Shown here one piece after another: positions 25,347 through 32,000 of a DNA stretch of 32,000 nt. The notes under the pieces are model-generated. The model was not told the DNA's origin and ran no database searches. It worked only from the letters and a program-made list of their open reading frames with translations. The position numbers and the translations under genes are program-made. The stretch comes from Opitutales bacterium (GTDB lineage Bacteria > Verrucomicrobiota > Verrucomicrobiia > Opitutales > PNEW01): contig CBDCNV010000001.1 in the NCBI GenBank assembly GCA_965219535.1, positions 1,860,001 through 1,892,000 of the forward strand, written 5' to 3'. Positions within the stretch are counted from its first letter, which is position 1; every line of letters starts with the position of its first letter.

Positions 25347-26087
25347 TTAGATAGATTCTTCCGCAACATGCTGAAGCGCGGTACTAGAAAGTGCTTTGCG
25401 TGCGATGGAAGTAACATAGACGGTTACGATTATAGTAATCAGCAAACCCACACCGAGAAACACATATTCAAGCGGGTTCTTCCCACTATCTCCAGAAGCG
25501 GCCTCAATCCCGGCTTTGCTAATATAGCCTAAATATACGTATAAGATAGTCCCCGGTATCATTCCCAACCAACTGGCAATCAGGTAATGCCAAAATTTTA
25601 CTGCGGTTAAACCTAGAAGGTAATTAAGCCAGACATAAGGAAATACAGGACTCAGCCGTAGTAGGAGAACGAGCTTTCCTCCCTTATTACCAATGGCAGT
25701 ATCAATAGATTTAAATTTAGCATTCGCGACCAGTTTAGTTTCGATTTTATCGCGGGCCAAGTAGCGTGCGACGAGAAATGCCAAAGCGGCACCGAGCGTG
25801 GAGCCAAACGAAACAGCGATAGAACCGCCAATCACACCAAATGCAAAACCCGCACCCAGGGTTAATACAGATCCGGGAATAAATAAAACAGCAGCTAGAG
25901 CGTAGGCGGTGACAAATAAAATGTACCCGATAAAACCTAAATCTATAACCCAATTGTTAAAGGCATCGAGCAAATCGTTGATCGGCAAAAATCGAGCAAT
26001 CGAAAGAAAAATCACGATAATTAATGATCCAATAACCAGCTTCCAGGAGATCTTCTTAAATGGCCATACTAAATTATCTTTAATCAT
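25347..26087 (-). CDS. TVP38/TMEM64 (DedA-superfamily, SNARE-associated) membrane protein
   Basis: FIPGSVLTLGAGFAFG, GSTLGAALAFLVARYL and LLLRLSPVFPYVWLNYLLGLT are hallmark TVP38/DedA re-entrant-loop motifs. ATG 26087 follows the TTG at 26090. The protein contains no Cys. Confidence 0.88.
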   Translation of the reverse strand: MIKDNLVWPFKKISWKLVIGSLIIVIFLSIARFLPINDLLDAFNNWVIDLGFIGYILFVTAYALAAVLFIPGSVLTLGAGFAFGVIGGSIAVSFGSTLGAALAFLVARYLARDKIETKLVANAKFKSIDTAIGNKGGKLVLLLRLSPVFPYVWLNYLLGLTAVKFWHYLIASWLGMIPGTILYVYLGYISKAGIEAASGDSGKNPLEYVFLGVGLLITIIVTVYVTSIARKALSSTALQHVAEESI

Positions 26088-26115
26088 CAAGATATAAACC
26101 TAATGGTTTGTTTAA

Positions 26116-27582
26116 CTATTTTATTTGACGTTGAAAAAGCCAAGTGAATATAGATTTTGCTCTTGGAGTTAATCGGCTTCGGTTATACTGATCCCCAAGC
26201 TTACGCGCTAATTCAGCAAATGTTGGATAAGCGTGTATAGTTGAAGCGATCTTTCCCAATCCAATCTCATATTTTATAGCGAGCACGAATTCGTGTAAAA
26301 GATCGCCTCCATGATCAGCAACTATAGTTACTCCAATGATTCGGTCTTTTCCCTTTTCGGTAAGAATTTTTATGAATCCATGATCGGCGTTATCAAGAAT
26401 AGCGCGATCAACGTCTTTCATTTCTAATGTAAATAGATCGTAATCGATTCCTTGCTGCTTTGCTTCAGTTTCATTAAGTCCGACTCGAGCCACTTCTGGA
26501 CTAATATATGTTGACCAGGGAATGACGCTGTAGTCCATTTTACTGTAAAATAAAGAGAATGGCATAAGGATATTACGTACCACGGTGCGCGCCTGAAAAT
26601 CGGCAACATGAGTAAACTGGTAGGATCCGGCAATGTCTCCAGCGGCCCAGATATGGGACTGGTTCGTTTGCATGTATTCATTTACCTTAACGCCTCGCTT
26701 ATCGAATTCAACCCCAGCTGCTTCTAGATTCAGCGATTCAATATTGGGTATGCGACCGGCCGAAACAAGTACTACATCGACTTCAAGGGTGGCATTGACA
26801 CCGTCTCCTTGGCTGTTAGGTGTTCCTTCATATTCCAAGTGGATTTTGCCGTTAATTTGACTGAATTTTTTAGTCTTAATTCCCGTATAAATGTTTACAC
26901 CTTCAGCTTCCAAATATTTACGGGCATAGGCACTAACTTCTGGGTCTTCGCGTATAAGAATTTGGGGAGCAAGATCCAAGAGATAAACTTTAACCCCCAG
27001 ACGATTCATGGCCTGACCTAATTCACAGCCAATTGGACCTCCGCCGATAATAATCATACTTTCCGGCTTCTCATTCAAATCATCGAAAATAGTTTCATTT
27101 GTATAATAAGGGATCTCATTAAGACCTGGAATCGGGGGGATTCCCGCTCTGCTTCCCGAAGCAATCACCAGGTTCTTTCCTCTCAATACCTGGCCATTCA
27201 CTTCCACCTCGTGAGGTGAAATAAATTTTGCATCCCCACGAAAAACGTCGACACCCAAACCTTCAAATCTTTCTTGGGAGTCAAGGGGTTCAATTATTGC
27301 ACGCCGCGCACGCATACTTTCAAAAACGCGCGAAAACTCAAATTGCGGCTCCTGTGATTCTAATCCCCAATTTTCAGCTTTGCGGATAGTTTGAACTACC
27401 CGAGCAGAAGAGATCAGTCCTTTGCTGGGGACACAGCCAAAATTCAGACAGTCGCCCCCCATTTTATTTTTTTCGATTAGTGCAGCTCGACCACCCAAGC
27501 CAGCAATAGCGGAAGTAGTGACAAGACCTGCAGTCCCTGCTCCAATCGCAATTACGTTATAAGTTCCTGTCCCTTTTTTCAT
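26116..27582 (-). CDS. Class I FAD-dependent pyridine nucleotide-disulfide oxidoreductase (MerA/Lpd-like; substrate unknown)
   Basis: FAD motif IGAGTAGL. Redox-active disulfide GGDCLNFGCVPSK. NAD(P) motif IIGGGPIGCELG. Dimerisation-domain His-Glu dyad HAYPTFAE. There is no N-terminal metal-binding domain and no C-terminal Cys-Cys pair. Confidence 0.88.
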   Translation of the reverse strand: MKKGTGTYNVIAIGAGTAGLVTTSAIAGLGGRAALIEKNKMGGDCLNFGCVPSKGLISSARVVQTIRKAENWGLESQEPQFEFSRVFESMRARRAIIEPLDSQERFEGLGVDVFRGDAKFISPHEVEVNGQVLRGKNLVIASGSRAGIPPIPGLNEIPYYTNETIFDDLNEKPESMIIIGGGPIGCELGQAMNRLGVKVYLLDLAPQILIREDPEVSAYARKYLEAEGVNIYTGIKTKKFSQINGKIHLEYEGTPNSQGDGVNATLEVDVVLVSAGRIPNIESLNLEAAGVEFDKRGVKVNEYMQTNQSHIWAAGDIAGSYQFTHVADFQARTVVRNILMPFSLFYSKMDYSVIPWSTYISPEVARVGLNETEAKQQGIDYDLFTLEMKDVDRAILDNADHGFIKILTEKGKDRIIGVTIVADHGGDLLHEFVLAIKYEIGLGKIASTIHAYPTFAELARKLGDQYNRSRLTPRAKSIFTWLFQRQIK

Positions 27583-27925
27583 ATTAAGTCTCTTGGAAGT
27601 TGTTTTCTGTGGAGTAAATTACCACGATTATTAATGATCTACACAATCTCTGTGTAATAGCTGCTGCTATGAATATTATCTTTTATAATCAAAAGAGTGA
27701 TATTTTTAGTAACCTATTCCCGTTTTATTCGTTATCACTTATATAAGCTCAATTATTCTTAAAAATTAACCACCGTGAATTTGCGCCTTAGCAACTGAAT
27801 TATCGCTAAAACATAGATCAAACATCATTCTGTACTTCGCATCCGTAAAATAGCTCAATTGATTGATTAATACACGGTTATAGATTATATTAGAGTCTAT
27901 ATCTGATAATTTTAGTAGTTTTACG

Positions 27926-27954
27926 GGAACAAAAGTAGTCGAATGATACTCTAA
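27926..27954 (+). promoter_or_regulatory. Candidate autoregulatory ECF-type promoter (GGAAC-N18-CTCTAA) upstream of the sigma factor gene
   Basis: GGAAC 27926-27930, 18-nt spacer, CTCTAA 27949-27954. The ATG is at 27973. The AAC / TCTAA half-sites resemble RpoE-like ECF promoters. A start site about 6-7 nt after the -10 would exclude the TTG at 27955 and favour ATG 27973. Confidence 0.35.
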
Positions 27955-27972
27955 TTGAAAATACTAAAAGAC

Positions 27973-28575
27973 ATGTCTACTAAAACCGAGAATATCTCTA
28001 TTGACAAAGTTCTGGTGAATAGGATCAAGAGCGGTGATGCGTCAGCGTTTGACGAGATGGTGTCCCGTTACTGGGATCGAATACTCGCCAGGGTGATGCA
28101 ATTATTGAAAAATCGTCAAGATGCAGAGGAAGTTACACAAGATGCTTTTGTTCGGGCCCACCGTGGCCTGGAGAAATTCCGAGGTGACTCCTCTTTTTCA
28201 ACATGGCTGTTTCAAATAGCAACTAACCTGGCACATAATAAATATTGGTACTGGTGGCGTCGGAAACGTGATGCATCCATATCATTTGATCAAAATATTT
28301 CAGATGAAGGAGCCGCAACCTTGATTGATATCATCCCAGCTGAAGGACGGGACCCTTACGACGACTTGCTGTCCCGCGAATTTGTTGATCGAGTAGGGGA
28401 GTGCATGCCTTTACTTAGTTTGAAACATAAGGAGATTTTAACTCTACGCATAGCAGATGATATGACCTATGATGAAATTGCCGATAAATTAAATATAAGT
28501 ATCGGAACCGTAAAAAGTAGAATTGCCAGGGCACGCAATAGTCTTAGAAATAAACTTGGAAGTAACGCGCAATGA
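27973..28575 (+). CDS. ECF-family RNA polymerase sigma factor (sigma-70 regions 2 and 4)
   Basis: Region 2: DAEEVTQDAFVRAHRGLEKFRGDSSFSTWLFQIATNLAHN. Region 4 HTH: TYDEIADKLNISIGTVKSRIARARNSL. Confidence 0.9.
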   Translation: MSTKTENISIDKVLVNRIKSGDASAFDEMVSRYWDRILARVMQLLKNRQDAEEVTQDAFVRAHRGLEKFRGDSSFSTWLFQIATNLAHNKYWYWWRRKRDASISFDQNISDEGAATLIDIIPAEGRDPYDDLLSREFVDRVGECMPLLSLKHKEILTLRIADDMTYDEIADKLNISIGTVKSRIARARNSLRNKLGSNAQ

Positions 28576-29357
28576 TGTTTTCTAAATTCAAGGAATTAGT
28601 AAACTTATATCTTGATAAGGAAATCTCTGAAGATCAGCTCTCTCTTCTGAAAGCGGAGATATGCTCAAACGAAGAGAAAAGAAAACTGTTCTCGTATTAC
28701 TTTCGCTTACATCAGGCAACAAAGCTTGCTCTGGTGAGAATGAATGGGGGGCCCTCTCATTTTGAACAAATCACTAATTTCAATTCTGAATTACTCACAG
28801 AAGCCAAAACAATCACCGTAGACTTTGGAAGTGGTGAAATTATTGGTAGTGCCACCGGCATTAATAATAGAAATGTCGAAAAAAAGTCGAATATCTATCG
28901 GTATTTAGGGTCAATGGCAGCATCCATTTGTCTTACCTTCGTTATCATAAGTTCGGTTTTTATGCTAAGCCAAAAAGATAATAAATTAACTGAAACCTCT
29001 GTTGCAATTCCCGAGAAGGCAGAACCTGTCCATAAACCCAAATTGGAAAATCACGAATTGGTAGTGCTTGCCTCAAATCAAGAGGTGATAAAGAAAGAAA
29101 TCTTAGATGGCATGAATGAATTAGCTGAATATACTTCGGAGCTAGATGAATTAGATTCTCGATTAGCGAAAAACGCTCACGCTTTTAAGTACGTACCCAA
29201 ACGCTTTAATAAAAACCTTATTCTTCGAACAAATGAAGAATTAAGGTATTATCCCGTCTACGATGATGATAGTTTTCGGCCAGTTTTACTAGGACCTGCC
29301 GGACCACATGGCAATCAATTTAAAAGCGATTTGACGAGTTTGAGATTTCAACGATAA
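28572..29357 (+). CDS. Putative anti-sigma factor (single-pass membrane protein)
   Basis: ATGA start/stop overlap with the sigma gene. The helical N-terminus of about 55 aa (LVNLYLDKEISEDQLSLLKAEICSNEEKRKLF) is followed by one TM helix (YLGSMAASICLTFVIISSVFML) and an extracytoplasmic part of about 125 aa with no recognisable family. Confidence 0.6.
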   Translation: MMFSKFKELVNLYLDKEISEDQLSLLKAEICSNEEKRKLFSYYFRLHQATKLALVRMNGGPSHFEQITNFNSELLTEAKTITVDFGSGEIIGSATGINNRNVEKKSNIYRYLGSMAASICLTFVIISSVFMLSQKDNKLTETSVAIPEKAEPVHKPKLENHELVVLASNQEVIKKEILDGMNELAEYTSELDELDSRLAKNAHAFKYVPKRFNKNLILRTNEELRYYPVYDDDSFRPVLLGPAGPHGNQFKSDLTSLRFQR

Positions 29358-29377
29358 GGCGGGTACTGCCTTTGTTG

Positions 29378-29992
29378 TTACAATCGACCCAGGGCAGAGC
29401 GAATTATTTCTTCAGTACTTGCTTCTGGTCCAAGTTCACTTAGAGCCTGTCGCACATGCTTGTCGGCGACAGGTACCTTATAACCCAATGCGACTAAGGC
29501 CATGACTGCATCCTGAATTCGATAATCACCATCGGGTGAATCCTTATCTTTATCATGGGATCGCAGCTGATTGTTCGTATTATCAATAACATTCACTGAA
29601 TCTCTTAGTTCTACAACGAGCCGTTCAGCAGTTTTTTTACCAATCCCGGGGCATTTTGACAGTAATCCGATATCTGATGCAGCAATGGCATTCTTGAGAA
29701 CAGATACAGAAAGTTTACTCATAATACTGAGCGCTATTTTTGGTCCAATTCCAGATACCTTAAATACGAGTATTTTAAAAAAATCGCGATCCTCTCGGTT
29801 ATGAAAACCGTAGAGAGTCTGCGAATCTTCACGATAGACAACGACGGTGAACAATTTGACTGGTTTCCCCACGGATGGGAGTTTTTCCATGGTTGTCACG
29901 GGAATATTTACTTCATATCCCCAGCCGTTGATTTCTATGACCGCAAGGAGTGGGCTCGCTTCTGTCAATATGCCATCAATTGTGGCAATCAT
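29378..29992 (-). CDS. ruvA: Holliday junction branch migration complex subunit RuvA
   Basis: MIATIDGIL...GWGYEVNIP (OB domain), LYGF...ERDFFKIL..VSGIGPKIALSIMS and CPGIGKKTAERLVVEL (two HhH motifs), and a C-terminal domain III. Confidence 0.92.
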   Translation of the reverse strand: MIATIDGILTEASPLLAVIEINGWGYEVNIPVTTMEKLPSVGKPVKLFTVVVYREDSQTLYGFHNREDRDFFKILVFKVSGIGPKIALSIMSKLSVSVLKNAIAASDIGLLSKCPGIGKKTAERLVVELRDSVNVIDNTNNQLRSHDKDKDSPDGDYRIQDAVMALVALGYKVPVADKHVRQALSELGPEASTEEIIRSALGRL

Positions 29993-30027
29993 TTTTATTA
30001 TGGTCGAAAAAGTTAACGGATTGACTC

Positions 30028-30765
30028 CTATCTATCCTTTAACCCCAAAACATCTTGCATGTTATAGCATGCTGGAGGTTTATCGATAACCCAATGCGCA
30101 GCCTTTAAAGCACCTTCGGCAAATACTTGGCGATTGCCCGCTCTATGCGCTAATTCTACCCGTTCACCAGGCCCTGCGAAAATCACTGTATGTTCACCCA
30201 CTTCTTCACCTCCTCGCAGGGCGTGAACGCCAATTTCATCATCACTACGCTCGTCCATAATTCCTTGCCTTCCATGGCGCACACATTGTGGATTGAGATT
30301 ACGGCTATGAAGGATTGCTTCAACTAGGGATTCAGCTGTGCCACTGGGAGCATCTTTCTTATGACAGTGGTGCATCTCTACCACTTCCGGGTGATAATTT
30401 TTTTCTAGAACTTTCGCGACAATGGATGTGAGGTAAAATAACAGGTTAACACCGATAGAGAAATTTCCAGCCCAGACCATAGGGACAGAAGAAGAAAACT
30501 CAGTTATCTTCTTTTTCTCATCTTCACTATGACCGGTCGTTCCAATTACTGCGGGCTTATTGTGGGTTTTGGCAAGCTCCAGAATTTCACAAGTTACACT
30601 GTGAAAACTGAAATCAAGAATGATATCGCAACCCTCAATGAGATCAGCGGGATCATCGCCAATGTCAATTGCTGCTTCGATTTTTGCATCGTGCATAGGG
30701 GCGGCGGCAGTGATAGTCTGCCCCATCCGTCCTTTAGACCCATTAAGCAATACTTTTAACGCCAT
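30028..30765 (-). CDS. dapB: 4-hydroxy-tetrahydrodipicolinate reductase
   Basis: LNGSKGRMG, VIGTTG, WAGNFSIGVNLL and VEMHHCHKKDAPSGTA are DapB signature blocks. Confidence 0.92.
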   Translation of the reverse strand: MALKVLLNGSKGRMGQTITAAAPMHDAKIEAAIDIGDDPADLIEGCDIILDFSFHSVTCEILELAKTHNKPAVIGTTGHSEDEKKKITEFSSSVPMVWAGNFSIGVNLLFYLTSIVAKVLEKNYHPEVVEMHHCHKKDAPSGTAESLVEAILHSRNLNPQCVRHGRQGIMDERSDDEIGVHALRGGEEVGEHTVIFAGPGERVELAHRAGNRQVFAEGALKAAHWVIDKPPACYNMQDVLGLKDR

Positions 30766-30774
30766 CGACAGGGA

Positions 30775-31671
30775 TCAGGCTACTTTTATTCCCAGTTCAT
30801 CCAAGGTGTGATCGAGGATTTTCTGATTAGATGCAGACATTGCGAAAAGAGGAAGTCGTACTTCGGGTGATCGAATAATACCCGCTTGAGCACAAGCGGA
30901 CTTTATAGGAACAGGGCTCGTTTCTATAAATAAATTTTTAAATAGTGGATATAGTTTAATATGCAGTTCAGTCGCTTGAGTGTAATCATTATCGAGGGCG
31001 GCATGAACCATTCTCATTAAACCACCTGGGTCGAGATTTGAAGCCACGCTAATGACTCCTTTTGCGCCCACTGACATAAAGGGTAAAGTTAAACTATCAT
31101 CCCCACTGATTACTGTAATATCATTTCCCATTGCGTTGATCAATTGGCAAACACGATCACAAGACCCTCCGGCTTCTTTTATCGTGTTGACGTGCGGATA
31201 TTGCGCGCGGAGACGTTCAACGGTATCGATGGCGATTTCTATTCCGCAACGAGAGGGGATGGAATAAAGGACAATTGGCTTATCCGTAATTTCGGCAATC
31301 GCCCCGAAATGCCGGAATAATCCCTCCTGACTTGGCTTATTATAATAAGGCGCAACCTGGAGAAACCCATCGGCGCCAGCTTCATCAGCTTTCTTCGTAT
31401 AATCCACGGCTTCTTCTGTCGAGTTGGCTCCGGTTCCTGTAATTACCGGAACTCGACCAGCAGAGATCTCAACACAATAGCGAATCACTTCAATATGCTC
31501 TTCTGGTTTTAGGGTAGGTGATTCCCCGGTGGTCCCAACGGGAATTATACCATCAATTCCCTCCTTGATCTGATACTCAACCAGTTTCTCCAGGTCCTCA
31601 TAGCAAACATTTCCCTTAAAAAAGGGTGTGATGAGAGCCGTGTAAACCCCGGAAATAGATGTTGAGTTCAT
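30775..31671 (-). CDS. dapA: 4-hydroxy-tetrahydrodipicolinate synthase
   Basis: GVYTALITPF, PVGTTGESPTL, VAPYYNKP, LYSIPSR and IKEAGG (Schiff-base Lys region). It lies immediately upstream of dapB on the same strand. Confidence 0.93.
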   Translation of the reverse strand: MNSTSISGVYTALITPFFKGNVCYEDLEKLVEYQIKEGIDGIIPVGTTGESPTLKPEEHIEVIRYCVEISAGRVPVITGTGANSTEEAVDYTKKADEAGADGFLQVAPYYNKPSQEGLFRHFGAIAEITDKPIVLYSIPSRCGIEIAIDTVERLRAQYPHVNTIKEAGGSCDRVCQLINAMGNDITVISGDDSLTLPFMSVGAKGVISVASNLDPGGLMRMVHAALDNDYTQATELHIKLYPLFKNLFIETSPVPIKSACAQAGIIRSPEVRLPLFAMSASNQKILDHTLDELGIKVA

Positions 31672-31807
31672 ACTAATATTGGTTTAAATTATAGATTATG
31701 GTTAAAAATCAATAATTAGAGAAGAGAGAAATAATAATAATGTATTAAAAATTTTTTCACCTTAGTTTGTAAATCTAATAATTAATTTATTCATCATTTA
31801 ATAGAAG

Positions 31808-32000
31808 ATGTCAGAATCAATCGATACTTTTAACAGCCTATTAACTCTCGCTGTGGAAAATGGTGCAAGCGACATTCATATCAAGAGTGACAAAGCTGCC
31901 ATGCTCCGTCTCAATGGAGGTCTTCAATCTGTAGATATGGACCCTCTTACCGGGGAAATGGTAAGCGACTTTATAGAGACGACTTGCCCCGAGCAGTTTA
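31808..32000 (+). CDS. PilT-like type IV pilus retraction / type II-IV secretion ATPase, N-terminal fragment (continues past window end)
   Basis: MSESIDTFNSLLTLAVENGASDIHIKSDKAAMLRLNGGLQ matches the PilT N-terminal block (LL...v...ASDlHl..g.pp..R..G.l). Only 64 codons are visible. Confidence 0.55.
   Translation, partial: MSESIDTFNSLLTLAVENGASDIHIKSDKAAMLRLNGGLQSVDMDPLTGEMVSDFIETTCPEQF

Noticed and set aside
26116-27582. Calling the FAD oxidoreductase a mercuric reductase (merA), implying a mercury-resistance locus
   Set aside because: It has no NmerA/HMA domain and no C-terminal vicinal Cys pair (the C-terminus reads ...FTWLFQRQIK). No merR, merT or merP genes are nearby. Only the generic class I disulfide-reductase core is present.
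1-32000. CRISPR arrays, restriction-modification, toxin-antitoxin, retron/CBASS-type defence genes, prophage or integron structures
   Set aside because: I saw no short direct-repeat arrays. No nuclease, methylase, reverse transcriptase, cyclase or phage structural signatures appear in any translated ORF. The only mobile-element trace is the IS3 remnant at the left edge.

Overview
Visibly AT-rich chromosomal segment (about 40% GC by eye, not computed). It carries 34 supportable protein-coding genes, including one unlisted 51-codon ORF, plus one transposase pseudogene. I found no rRNA, tRNA or CRISPR array, and no recognisable phage or defence module. The protein set suggests a PVC-group (Verrucomicrobiota-like) bacterium: ECF sigma/anti-sigma pair, DUF547, DUF5069, TVP38, a plant-type GDP-mannose 3,5-epimerase, lipoprotein sugar-binding proteins, mostly absent Shine-Dalgarno sequences. 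That assignment is inference only.

Layout, left to right:
- A GC-richer IS3-family transposase remnant, cut by the window edge and carrying an in-frame stop.
- NatAB-like ABC-2 exporter.
- Ceramidase-like hydrolase with an Eis-like GNAT.
- Enolase-superfamily enzyme, then hpt.
- A tightly coupled operon: ABC ATPase, membrane-anchored SBP, the 51-codon ORF and an Nramp-fold carrier, with no ABC permease.
- FMN reductase, GDP-mannose 3,5-epimerase and a TagA/WecG-type glycosyltransferase.
- A sugar ABC importer whose lipoprotein SBP gene is tandemly duplicated together with its flanking non-coding DNA, followed by an aldo/keto reductase.
- TPR/LysM lipoprotein, cysteine desulfurase, ruvC.
- A four-gene cassette on the minus strand (FAD disulfide reductase, TVP38/DedA, exported DUF547, DUF5069), divergent from an ECF sigma/anti-sigma pair.
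- ruvA, dapB, dapA and the start of a PilT-like ATPase.

The two best candidates for undescribed biology are the permease-less ABC/SBP/small-ORF/Nramp-fold operon (7555-11910) and the reductase-TVP38-DUF547-DUF5069 cassette (24032-27582). Both are hypotheses from gene order and motifs, not demonstrated systems. All family assignments rest on motifs read by eye from the translations. No database search was possible.
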